A stretch of 64,000 bases of DNA from a virus (taxonomy: Duplodnaviria > Caudoviricetes). Both the position numbers and the translations under genes were made by a program. Below, one piece after another: positions 40,409-49,280 of this stretch. Positions within the stretch are counted from its first letter, which is position 1. Each line of letters begins with the position of its first letter. Location of the stretch: positions 12,631-76,630 of the IMG/VR virus record IMGVR_UViG_3300031998_000052; one strand, 5' to 3'. The notes under the pieces were generated by a model, which was not told the origin of the DNA, searched no databases, and worked only from the letters and a program-made list of their open reading frames with translations.

Positions 40409-40727
40409 GTTTTTGTTCCTCCTCGATTATGAAAGATTGCAATTTTTCGTCTTCGGTCTCCTCCTGGACCGGCAGTCCAAAGTTACGAAGAATTTGGTTA
40501 ATTTCCTTCTTGGACTTCTTGGTCTTCGACACGAGAACCAGCTTTTCTTCCTTCTCATAGTCGTAGTCGTAGTACCCCTTGTCTATCAGGTACATCTGGA
40601 CGAGATTAGCAGAGTCCAGATACCAGTAGCGGAGCCACGACCAGAAGTTGTAGTTCCCGTAGATTCCTTTAATTCGCTCGTTGTGTGTGCTCGCCTCGAA
40701 GGCGGGGTTTATTTGTCTTCCTTTTTT
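40398..40727 (-). CDS. Tail assembly chaperone frameshift extension (GT part)
   Basis: -1 frame from the A AAA AAG site is open and runs into MYLIDKGYYDY. Confidence 0.75.
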   Translation of the reverse strand, partial: KKGRQINPAFEASTHNERIKGIYGNYNFWSWLRYWYLDSANLVQMYLIDKGYYDYDYEKEEKLVLVSKTKKSKKEINQILRNFGLPVQEETEDEKLQSFIIEEEQKHGS

Positions 40728-41236
40728 ATCCCCAAAGCGTCCTTCTCCAGCATATTTATCACGTTCTCCAGCCTCTCGTGCGCTTCTTTTGCGACTTCGC
40801 CAACCGGCCTCATAAACAGTTCGCGTTCCTGCCTTGAGAGTTGCCAGTTGGCTTTGGAAAAACCCACGTCTTCACTGACGGCCCCCGCTCCGTTGATCAT
40901 AAACGTGACCTCGTTGCCACGCAGTTGCAGGATGTGCCATTTAATCCACCAGACCCAGGGGAAGAAGATTGCCCAGTTCCCGAGCAGGTAGTATGCGGCT
41001 TTCTTGGAGTGGAGCGAATATAGCTTCCGGGTCAGTCTCTTTGCGGCCTTCTGTGATACGCCTTCCTTCCCTTTGGCCTCCAGAACCTGCGCCTCCTGTT
41101 CCAGAAGGGTGATGCGCTCCTTGACTGCCTGGGCCACCTGGCGCACCTTATAGCGGCGTCCCCGCACCGTGATGGTGCAGGGAGCCTGGCTAATGGTCTC
41201 GTACTCACCGGCTATGAATTTATCCGATTTCCGCAT
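40709..41236 (-). CDS. Tail assembly chaperone (G)
   Basis: Position before the tape measure; slippery heptamer near its 3' end. Confidence 0.75.
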   Translation of the reverse strand: MRKSDKFIAGEYETISQAPCTITVRGRRYKVRQVAQAVKERITLLEQEAQVLEAKGKEGVSQKAAKRLTRKLYSLHSKKAAYYLLGNWAIFFPWVWWIKWHILQLRGNEVTFMINGAGAVSEDVGFSKANWQLSRQERELFMRPVGEVAKEAHERLENVINMLEKDALGIKKEDK

Positions 41237-42176
41237 AGTGTTTCCTCAGGATTTCGTCCAACTCGGGAATCCAGCCCTCGGGCGAGTTCTGAATCCAAAT
41301 CTTGCTCTTGAGAGCATTTTCGATGCACCAGATGCGAGGATTGCTCCGATACACGCCACACTTGAAGTTGTCCTTATCGAAGTCCAGGGCAAACGGCACC
41401 CGGTCGGCAAAGTACGTGTTGAAGTAGATGTTCTCCACGATGTAGGACTGGTGGTCGCAGTCGTACTGGTCGTAGATGGCCAGCAGCTTGTCCCACTCGT
41501 AGTAAACCGGAAGGTGGCAGACATAGTTGTGCAGCGGGAGGTTGTGGTTTACGCACAGCAGGCGCGTCTTCGCCATATCCCTCTGCCAGGGATTGCTGCT
41601 ATTGAAGTCACCGCCCATGTCTCGCTGGACAATCTTCGGAAGCAGCACCTCCACCATCGTGAAGTTGTTCACGGCATACATGTCATCGCAGGCGTAGATG
41701 AAGCCCTTGTGGTCCGGGAACATCTCGCGCACCTTGCGGAACTTATGGACGTGATCCAAATGGCAGGTGTACTGACCCTCGACCGGCTCGATACGCGGAC
41801 AATCGATGAACGTGATATCATCGCCAGTGTCAACGATGGGGTGGTAGTCACCGACAATCACGATGTGATGCGGCTCCTTGAAGTGCTTGCGCCAGCCGGA
41901 AACGGCGTACTCCAGTTCACGGCCCTGGGCCGCAGACGCCAGGTAGGGAATGACAACCAGGATACTGTCCTTGATAACAGCCGCTTTGGCCTCGTCCATG
42001 ACGCGCTGAACCTCAGCCTCGTCACCAACAATCACGACACCCTCATCCTTCACATCGGCACCCTCTGGAATTTCTTTTTCGTCAACCACGGAAACAGATT
42101 CCACCTTTGCGGCGTCAATCTCTTCCGGCTTTTCGGCGGGCTTTTTGCCGCCATTCTTTTTATTGCTTTCTGCCAT
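41220..42176 (-). CDS. GT-A/Stealth-like sugar or sugar-phosphate transferase candidate
   Basis: LVVIPY, ELEYAVSGWRKH..HIVIVG and FIYACDDMY resemble Stealth CR2/GT-A motifs. Confidence 0.55.
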   Translation of the reverse strand: MAESNKKNGGKKPAEKPEEIDAAKVESVSVVDEKEIPEGADVKDEGVVIVGDEAEVQRVMDEAKAAVIKDSILVVIPYLASAAQGRELEYAVSGWRKHFKEPHHIVIVGDYHPIVDTGDDITFIDCPRIEPVEGQYTCHLDHVHKFRKVREMFPDHKGFIYACDDMYAVNNFTMVEVLLPKIVQRDMGGDFNSSNPWQRDMAKTRLLCVNHNLPLHNYVCHLPVYYEWDKLLAIYDQYDCDHQSYIVENIYFNTYFADRVPFALDFDKDNFKCGVYRSNPRIWCIENALKSKIWIQNSPEGWIPELDEILRKHYAEIG

Positions 42177-42197
42177 AACTTACTGATTTTGAATTAG

Positions 42198-42232
42198 AAA
42201 AGGGGTGGGGATTTGTCCAACCCTCCACCCCT
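42198..42232 (-). terminator. Terminator after the major tail gene
   Basis: AGGGGTGG...CCACCCCT followed by TTT on the - strand. Confidence 0.65.
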
Positions 42233-42256
42233 CGGATTAGGTTCTCGTACCCGAGA

Positions 42257-42916
42257 TTAGGCACCAGCTCCGTTGCCAGAGCCACCGCCGTTGCCGTCAA
42301 GGTCCTCAGCGGTCACGCTGCCATCGGCATAGGCAACATCGTTGCCAGCGAAGATAGGCATGACGGTCTTGAGGTTGGCGGTGTCCACGAATTCGGCGGT
42401 CACGACCACGTGGATCTTCCAGATCTTGTCACCCCATGCGAGGGAACCGGCCATCTTCGCCTTAGGGAAGAACAGTGCCTTGTTACCCTCGTCGTTGGTG
42501 ATGAGGATAGGACGAACCTTCACAGGGAGCCTGTGGCCGAAGCCATAGACCTTGTGGGTGCCATTGCCGAACACGGCGGTGATACCGGACTCGGAGGCAA
42601 CGATTTCCTCAGCGCCAAGGAAGACCTTGAGGAAGTCCGGCTCCAGATCGGCCAGGTCGAAGGAGAACTGGTGGGTGCCGTTGGAGGCGACGGAGGTGAT
42701 GACATCACCCTGCTCGTCCAGAAGGTTGTCGAAGGAAACCTCCTCACCGTCCCAGGAAGTAGAGTCCTGCACAACCTGGCCCAGGCTAGCGCCGTTGGTC
42801 AGGCACTGTGCAATCGTGGTGTCGGCGGTGATGCCGCCTGTGGGGGCGCTGAACACTATGATGTCACCCTGCCCCGCGAAAAGCTGCTGAGAGCTACCAA
42901 GATTCTTTACAGACAT
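42257..42916 (-). CDS. Major tail (tube) protein
   Basis: Size, position, strong-expression codon bias; QFSFDLADL, ALFFPKAKM. Confidence 0.75.
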   Translation of the reverse strand: MSVKNLGSSQQLFAGQGDIIVFSAPTGGITADTTIAQCLTNGASLGQVVQDSTSWDGEEVSFDNLLDEQGDVITSVASNGTHQFSFDLADLEPDFLKVFLGAEEIVASESGITAVFGNGTHKVYGFGHRLPVKVRPILITNDEGNKALFFPKAKMAGSLAWGDKIWKIHVVVTAEFVDTANLKTVMPIFAGNDVAYADGSVTAEDLDGNGGGSGNGAGA

Positions 42917-42918
42917 GA

Positions 42919-43371
42919 TTATTGCGAGTTAAAATTGTTGTTAGTATGCCACATGAGATTGAGCGAAGTGGTCGAGTAACCGGAAGTCTGATTCGGTGTG
43001 GTGGGTGCGGCGAAACGCTCCATGTCGAACTTGAAGAAGAAATTCTGCGTCTTAGCCTTCTCGACGATGGTGTCAAACTGCTTGAGAATGTTTTTGACGC
43101 GGTTCTTTTTGACGGAGCCATCGTCATTCAGCTTGCAGTACAGACTCACCATCAAGTAGCCGTCGGCGTAGTTCACCTTTGGTCCGAAGCCTCCTACGTT
43201 GCCATTGATGTAGATCACAACAAAGTCATCGGGCAGGTTGTTGGTGGGACGCTCCCAGTCTCCGTAAACAGTGACGGGCGCAGTGCCGCCGCCAGCCTTA
43301 CCAACCACGATGCGGCCCTGGAGGAAGTCCCTCAGTTCCACATCCGGGTTTATGTCCGCTGCGTGTATCAT
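42919..43371 (-). CDS. Tail terminator-like protein
   Basis: Gene order (immediately upstream of the tail tube). Confidence 0.5.
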   Translation of the reverse strand: MIHAADINPDVELRDFLQGRIVVGKAGGGTAPVTVYGDWERPTNNLPDDFVVIYINGNVGGFGPKVNYADGYLMVSLYCKLNDDGSVKKNRVKNILKQFDTIVEKAKTQNFFFKFDMERFAAPTTPNQTSGYSTTSLNLMWHTNNNFNSQ

Positions 43372-43916
43372 TTGGCAAATCGTCTGTTGACAGCCGCGAC
43401 GGGCCTTGCGCCAGGATGAGCCTTGACGTACTTGAGGACTTCCATGCCTGTCCGCATTTCTGACTCGAAGGAATTCTGGAGCCAGTTCAGGTACCCCTTG
43501 CGCCTACTCGTCTCATTAGCGCCCTCCGCATAAGGGACGGCAACAATGAGGGTCGAGGAAACACCAGTGCGCGGGTAAGCCTGCTTGCGGACGGCGCGGA
43601 TAGCCTCTTCCATACCAACAATCCTCTTCCTGTCGGGGGCGTTCTGCGGCCTGGTTGCTTCTTTCGGCATGTAAACGGCGCGTACAACGCGACCGCTCTG
43701 AGACACGACGGACACGATACTGTCGTGAAGGTTGGCGGTGTAATACGGCAGCAGGTTTTCATTCTGCTGAACATAGTCCATGAACCTATTGTTCGCATCC
43801 ACAAAGATGCCCTGAGCAGTGCGGTTTACACCATCGGCACATGCGAGCAATTCCTTCTGGAACTGCACGCTTGCGTTCTTCCACCCTTGCAGATGTCTTC
43901 CGTGAGTGTAACCCAT
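43368..43916 (-). CDS. Neck/tail-completion protein
   Basis: Gene order; TANLHDSI and VPYAE motifs like HK97 gp10-type proteins. Confidence 0.5.
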   Translation of the reverse strand: MGYTHGRHLQGWKNASVQFQKELLACADGVNRTAQGIFVDANNRFMDYVQQNENLLPYYTANLHDSIVSVVSQSGRVVRAVYMPKEATRPQNAPDRKRIVGMEEAIRAVRKQAYPRTGVSSTLIVAVPYAEGANETSRRKGYLNWLQNSFESEMRTGMEVLKYVKAHPGARPVAAVNRRFAK

Positions 43917-43919
43917 TGC

Positions 43920-44255
43920 TTAGTCTCCTTGTGCCTGCTTAAGTTCGATTCTCGTGCATTTGATTCCGGCCCGCCAGGGCAGGTTGATGTCGCGGACAAT
44001 CTCGGCAATAGCCTTGATCTGGCGCCCCTGCTCAGTCGTGACCGTTATGGAATCGTTTATCATCACCATCACGTCATTTCCGTTGAGATAGACGGTGGGA
44101 CTCCTGGTTATGATGCTCCGGGAATATCCGGTGCCGCCCTCTTCGTAGAGGCACGGCCCGGAATATACCTCGGAACGGACAGGGTTGTCCCATTCATCCT
44201 TCACTCCGGTCAGGCGCTCGATGACGCATTTATCACGAAACTCGATAGCCAACAT
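43920..44255 (-). CDS. Head-closure protein
   Basis: Gene order, 111 aa, beta-rich. Confidence 0.5.
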   Translation of the reverse strand: MLAIEFRDKCVIERLTGVKDEWDNPVRSEVYSGPCLYEEGGTGYSRSIITRSPTVYLNGNDVMVMINDSITVTTEQGRQIKAIAEIVRDINLPWRAGIKCTRIELKQAQGD

Positions 44256-44713
44256 TACATTCGCATCCTTAATGCCGTTGCATCATACATCTCGCTGCTG
44301 GTGACACCATCGTCAACAGTCTCCCAGCCCCATTTCTGTCGCAGGGCGTCGGCGAGGTCCTTGAACCGTTTCCGGTCAGCCATCGTGATGGTGTAACCAC
44401 CACGGGAGGCGCGGACATCGCCAACCTGCTCGGTGAAGCCGCCACCAGCAAAAACACCCAACATCGAATAGTACACGGTCGAAGCAGCGTAGTCGAGGCG
44501 CATAGTGTACTCCTCGTCGTTCCTCTCCGTCCTCTGGGTCGTTTCCTCACCAGTCTCCGGGTCGGTAACAGTCTCATCGTAGTAGTCGATGTCTTCGTCC
44601 AGAGGAAGTGGGGAAAGCCCCACCTCCTTCGGACTTCTTGCACATCGGGCTACCACGTTGGCCTGGAGGTCATATCCGGGCACCAGGCTACGCAGGTAAT
44701 CTTCGACAGTCAT
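44255..44713 (-). CDS. Head-tail connector protein
   Basis: Gene order after the capsid gene. Confidence 0.5.
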   Translation of the reverse strand: MTVEDYLRSLVPGYDLQANVVARCARSPKEVGLSPLPLDEDIDYYDETVTDPETGEETTQRTERNDEEYTMRLDYAASTVYYSMLGVFAGGGFTEQVGDVRASRGGYTITMADRKRFKDLADALRQKWGWETVDDGVTSSEMYDATALRMRM

Positions 44714-44734
44714 ACTTTCTTCTGGTTAAGAGGT

Positions 44735-46009
44735 TTACGCGCCCTGTTCGCTACCGGAACCACTGCCACCGCCACTGCCGCTGCCGGAGCCTTCCGGGGC
44801 GGTGTAGGTGATGACATAGAACATCTCCTTCGGGCGGGTAGGCACGCAGAGACCGTAGAACTCGGACCACCAGTCCTGAGTCTTCGCTTTCACGTCGTAC
44901 TCGTACTGGATGATGCCGCGACCCTCGAAGAAGGTGGCGTAGATGGCATCGCCGTCGGGCAGCAGAGCCATAGCGGTCTTGATGGTGCCGAGAGGACCTG
45001 CGGGATAGAGGACGTAGGTGTCGGCGTTGAAGGTGCGGAAAGCCTTGGTGACAAGTTTGGCGTTGATGCCCTTGCCTTCCAGGCGCTCGACTGCGGTGAG
45101 ACCCTTCTTGAACTTGATGTTCGCGAGAGGCAGGCCGATAAGGGCTGCGAAGTTGACCTTGACTTCCTCGTCGGTGGCGTTGTTTCCAACGATCAGGGCG
45201 TTGGCGTCATTGGCCGGAGTCAGAAGCAGGTCGCGACGCATACGATAACCGATCTGCTTGCGGATCACGGGATGCTCCATATCGTCGAGGAAGGACAGTT
45301 CGTCCACCTCCATCATGATGGTGCTCTTGTCGTAACCCTTGCGGATCATGTTGCGGATGGTCTTGCGCAGGACGGCGATGAGGTCAACGTTGAGGTTGGC
45401 CGTATCGGCGGTCTTGTTCTCGGGGTCGGAGAACATGTTCGCGGTGCGGGTGATGTTCTCGTCAGGGACAGCGGCCATGAACACCAGACCCTTGATACCA
45501 CGAGGGTTGTTGTTGGCGTCCAGAACGAGACCACGGTTGGAAACCATCTGGTCACGCTGATACAGCATGGACAGTTCGTGGGCGTTCTTGATGTCGGTGA
45601 GGCCGTTGAAGAGCAGATCCAGGGCATACTCGCGGGCTGTCTGATTCTGGAACTGAATCTTGGACAGGGCGTCCAGATAGTTCCGGTAATCGTCCGAATC
45701 CCAGAAGAAGCGGGCCTTCTGGCAAGGGATGACGCCTTCCGTCATCTCGAATCCCTTGGTACCCAGAGGGATGACCTCGGAATCCTTGTCGGCGTAGGTG
45801 GCCATCACCTTGAGCTTGTTGGACATCAGCAGCTGCTTGAAGTCGAAGGTGATGCTGGAGTACGGATCCCAGGAGAAACCGTCGAGGTCCATGTCCTGAG
45901 AGTTACCGAAACCGATAACATCGGTTACGTAGAGGTCGAAACTTTCGGCAGAAAGAATACCGGCCTCTGCCATGAGGGTGCGGAACCCTTTATTGTACTT
46001 GTGAGCCAT
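44735..46009 (-). CDS. Major capsid protein
   Basis: 424 aa, strong codon bias, follows scaffold and decoration genes; GS-rich C-terminal tail. Confidence 0.8.
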   Translation of the reverse strand: MAHKYNKGFRTLMAEAGILSAESFDLYVTDVIGFGNSQDMDLDGFSWDPYSSITFDFKQLLMSNKLKVMATYADKDSEVIPLGTKGFEMTEGVIPCQKARFFWDSDDYRNYLDALSKIQFQNQTAREYALDLLFNGLTDIKNAHELSMLYQRDQMVSNRGLVLDANNNPRGIKGLVFMAAVPDENITRTANMFSDPENKTADTANLNVDLIAVLRKTIRNMIRKGYDKSTIMMEVDELSFLDDMEHPVIRKQIGYRMRRDLLLTPANDANALIVGNNATDEEVKVNFAALIGLPLANIKFKKGLTAVERLEGKGINAKLVTKAFRTFNADTYVLYPAGPLGTIKTAMALLPDGDAIYATFFEGRGIIQYEYDVKAKTQDWWSEFYGLCVPTRPKEMFYVITYTAPEGSGSGSGGGSGSGSEQGA

Positions 46010-46024
46010 AATTCTTTTCTCCTA

Positions 46025-46657
46025 TTATTCGTTTTCGTACTCGAAGGTGATACCGGTGATGGCTTCCTTGTAGAAGTCGAGCATCTCGGGGATGCGGTCT
46101 CCAAGGATCTGGCCCTTGGTCACGACAGCGACGGTTCCAGCGTAGGCACCATCGTTGCTGACGTAGATTTCACGCCAGGACAAACCGGTAGGTTTCTGGA
46201 GAGCGACATTGCTGCCAGCGGCCTTGGCCACATACAGCTTGTCACCTTTGGAGAGGGCACCGAGGGAGTTGGCCTCGATGGCGAAGGAACCGGATTCGGC
46301 GTCGTAGGCGCCGATGGCAGCGGCCTTGGTCAGGCCGTCCTTGCTGTCGTTCAGGACGCCGAGGATGAAGCCCTCCTCGGGGACAGCGTTATTGGTTCCT
46401 TTCAGCTTGATGGAAGTGGAAGCGGAAGTGATGGCTTCCTGGACCTCATAGGAATCCAGGAACACAGCCTTTCCACCCATCACGGGCAGGTAAACCGGAA
46501 GTGCGAGAGGAATCTGCGTACCCTTGGGCAGACCGACAAGGCTGACGGTACCACCGGCAAGTTTACGCTCTTTCACCTCGATCCACACGGGCATCCTTTC
46601 GGCAGGATACGCGGTTACGACCGGCTTAAAATGGACGTTTCCAAGATTGTTTCCCAT
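46025..46657 (-). CDS. Head decoration/cement protein
   Basis: Between scaffold and capsid; GTVAVVTKGQILGDRIP. Confidence 0.6.
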   Translation of the reverse strand: MGNNLGNVHFKPVVTAYPAERMPVWIEVKERKLAGGTVSLVGLPKGTQIPLALPVYLPVMGGKAVFLDSYEVQEAITSASTSIKLKGTNNAVPEEGFILGVLNDSKDGLTKAAAIGAYDAESGSFAIEANSLGALSKGDKLYVAKAAGSNVALQKPTGLSWREIYVSNDGAYAGTVAVVTKGQILGDRIPEMLDFYKEAITGITFEYENE

Positions 46658-46683
46658 TTTTGTGAAAGGTTACTGGTTAAAAA

Positions 46684-47415
46684 CTACTGTTGCTCGGCAG
46701 GCTTGACGCCGTGACGGGCGTCCTGGCGGGCTTTCTCGGCCTTCCAGTCGGTCACGCCCTTCTCGGTGTTGTTCGGATCAGCCTCGAAAGGCTTGCTCGT
46801 ATCAACGCCCAATTTGGACACGGCCTTGTTGAAATAGCCTTCTGCCTTCTGGGACAGTTCGTCGGCAGACATCTTACTGCCAGTCGCCTCGTTCAGTTCA
46901 GTCGCCCGTTCCCATGCCTCGTCGGCCTGATCTTTGTAATGCTTGGCGTAATCGCCACCAAAGAACTTGGCCCTGGCGGTTTCAAGAGCGTTCTTCGCTG
47001 CCTGATTCGACTCGAACCCGTCAATCTTGTCCTGGAGAGGTTTGACGGCTGCTGCTACTGCGGCCTGGACGATGGCGGCGATGTCGCCTTTGCCAGAACC
47101 GCTGTCGCCGTGGCCGGAGCCACTGCCGCCGCCAGAACCGTCGCCGGAACCAGATTCCGGGTGTGCTGCCTTGTAAGCATCAAAAGCACTCTGCGTGGTG
47201 GTCCTCTTGGTGATTTCCTGGTCGCGATGCTTCATCAACTCATCGGCAACGAGCCTCATGGTCTCGGCGTCCGTAAGGGCGGCTTCCACCTGGGACTCTT
47301 CGGTGACAGTCTTTTCTCTCGCTGAGGCAATCCTGTCAATAGCCTCGTTACTCAGCCCGAAACGCTTGATTTCAGATTTCGCCCTGAGTCCTTCTACGAT
47401 TTTTTCTTTGAACAT
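46684..47415 (-). CDS. Capsid scaffolding protein
   Basis: Helical and charged; first gene of the head operon; start ATG 47415. Confidence 0.65.
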   Translation of the reverse strand: MFKEKIVEGLRAKSEIKRFGLSNEAIDRIASAREKTVTEESQVEAALTDAETMRLVADELMKHRDQEITKRTTTQSAFDAYKAAHPESGSGDGSGGGSGSGHGDSGSGKGDIAAIVQAAVAAAVKPLQDKIDGFESNQAAKNALETARAKFFGGDYAKHYKDQADEAWERATELNEATGSKMSADELSQKAEGYFNKAVSKLGVDTSKPFEADPNNTEKGVTDWKAEKARQDARHGVKPAEQQ

Positions 47416-47446
47416 ATATGTGTGATTTAGAAATGATATTCCGGTG

Positions 47447-47478
47447 CAAAAATAGGAGATTTTTTTCAAATCAGCAAA
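47447..47478 (-). promoter_or_regulatory. SigmaA-type promoter of the head-tail operon
   Basis: TTTG-N20-TATTTTTG. Confidence 0.7.
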
Positions 47479-47481
47479 GTT

Positions 47482-47524
47482 TGGCACGTAATTTGTAAAA
47501 AATCACCCCTTTTTCGTATCTTTG
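47482..47524 (+). promoter_or_regulatory. Terminase promoter with overlapping sigma54-like box
   Basis: TTTG(47492)-N21-TATCTTTG(47517); TGGCACG-TAAT-TTGT at 47482. Confidence 0.65.
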
Positions 47525-47528
47525 CGGT

Positions 47529-49268
47529 ATGTTTAAACTCAAACAGGAACATGCCGAATTCCCTCCGCTCTACGAACACGTGGAACGGAAAACCGCAACC
47601 GTGAAGGATAAGGGCTGGGATAAAGTTGGCAATTTCGTTCTTCGTGACGGGGTTGACCTCATCCCACAGGATGGCCTGCAAGAGAACCTGTGCTGGCTCG
47701 AAGCAAACCTGTTCTTCATCTGCGGCCAGGCAACGTCCGGGAAAACCTTCGGCATGATGCTCAAGGGATTAAACGGTGTCGGTAAGTATGGTTACACTGG
47801 CCGTCTCATCAACGTCCGAAAACTCGACTCCAGCAAGGGTACGTCCATGTTCCGTGACGCATCTACCGTCTGGGGCGAATTCTCCGGGTGTGAGGTGACT
47901 TCCGGAGAACTCCCCACCTTCGCATGGCCCATCTGGAATAACGCCATCCAGATGATACACGCCAACTTCAACCCGGAGAACCCGAAGGAGTGGGATGATT
48001 TCCAGGAGTACATCAAGAAACAGCAGGCGGCATACATCGGAATCGACGAGGCTACGGCCATCGAGCAGTTCAAGATGTTCGCCTACATGTTCTCCCGTAA
48101 CCGTGACGCGTCTGGCGTAGAGCCTTGCATGGTTCTATCCTTCAACCCGAAATACGGCCACTGGACAACCGATTTTCTCGTAACCGGCGGCTACATCGAC
48201 CCGAAGACCTGGCACATCAGGCCGGAGATGGATGGCAAGAAGCGCTATTTCTATATTAAAGGAGATGACGCCACTTCCGTCGTATGGGGAGACACCAAGG
48301 AAGAGGTTGTGGAGGCCGCACACATCCGCATCAGCGCAGAAGACCGCGCTGCGGGCCTCACGGAGGCAGATATGGTCAAGTCCTTTATTCTCATCACAGG
48401 ATCTGCCGCAGGAAACCGCAAACTGGTTGCCGCTACCAAGGGGCAGTCTGTTGCCAACCTTCACAATGTGGGCGGCACCCAGAGGGCGGTCCTCTATGAG
48501 GCTTACTTCGGACCAACAGAGGATGAGGGCGTCAGCGTGACGGATGCTGACTTCCGGGCGCTTGAGACAAACCCGCAGGACGATGACGAGAACATGTACG
48601 CAACCATGGATGTGTCTGGAGGTAAACTCAAGAGCGATGATAACCTCATGCTCATCTGGAAAGGTAAGTGCTGGGTTGGCGTTGAGGCTTTCCGTGGCAC
48701 CACCTCCGAACTCGTGACATGGATTGACGATAAGCTGGCCTTCTGGGGCGTTCCGAAGAAGAATTTCGCCTTCGACGCCACCGGCCTTGGTTACTATCTC
48801 ACGGGCTTCACCGACGGATACGCCATCACGGCCAACAAGACTCCGATTCAGGAGTACGATAAGCAGGGGAACCCCGTCACCATCGAGCAATACTTCAACG
48901 TCAGGTCTCAGCTTCTGGCCAAGACCGAAGCGCTTCTCAAGACCGGCGCCTATTCGACAACTCTTGACCTCAATATGCAGATTCCATACGGCAAGAAGGG
49001 AGGGAAGCGCCGCATCATAGATATCCTGTATAACGAGAAGAATGTGTTTATGAAGGGACAGAAGAACAAGAAGATTCTTTACCGAAGCAAGGAGGAGTAT
49101 ATCGCAAGGTTCCACGAGTCCCCTGGCTTGATGGACCCGTTCTCTTACAGGGCCGTCTTTGAACTGGACGCCAGACCGAAGAAACAGCCCGAGAGGGTGA
49201 TTGACGATTCGGCCTACCAAGGACTATATCAACAATATGACGGGGGACGCTCCGTCGTTTGGATTTAA
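47529..49268 (+). CDS. terL: Terminase large subunit
   Basis: Walker A GQATSGKT, Walker B YIGIDE, SFNP coupling motif, RNase H-like ATMDVSGG...DD. Confidence 0.88.
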   Translation: MFKLKQEHAEFPPLYEHVERKTATVKDKGWDKVGNFVLRDGVDLIPQDGLQENLCWLEANLFFICGQATSGKTFGMMLKGLNGVGKYGYTGRLINVRKLDSSKGTSMFRDASTVWGEFSGCEVTSGELPTFAWPIWNNAIQMIHANFNPENPKEWDDFQEYIKKQQAAYIGIDEATAIEQFKMFAYMFSRNRDASGVEPCMVLSFNPKYGHWTTDFLVTGGYIDPKTWHIRPEMDGKKRYFYIKGDDATSVVWGDTKEEVVEAAHIRISAEDRAAGLTEADMVKSFILITGSAAGNRKLVAATKGQSVANLHNVGGTQRAVLYEAYFGPTEDEGVSVTDADFRALETNPQDDDENMYATMDVSGGKLKSDDNLMLIWKGKCWVGVEAFRGTTSELVTWIDDKLAFWGVPKKNFAFDATGLGYYLTGFTDGYAITANKTPIQEYDKQGNPVTIEQYFNVRSQLLAKTEALLKTGAYSTTLDLNMQIPYGKKGGKRRIIDILYNEKNVFMKGQKNKKILYRSKEEYIARFHESPGLMDPFSYRAVFELDARPKKQPERVIDDSAYQGLYQQYDGGRSVVWI

Positions 49269-49280
49269 CTTTATAGCGCT

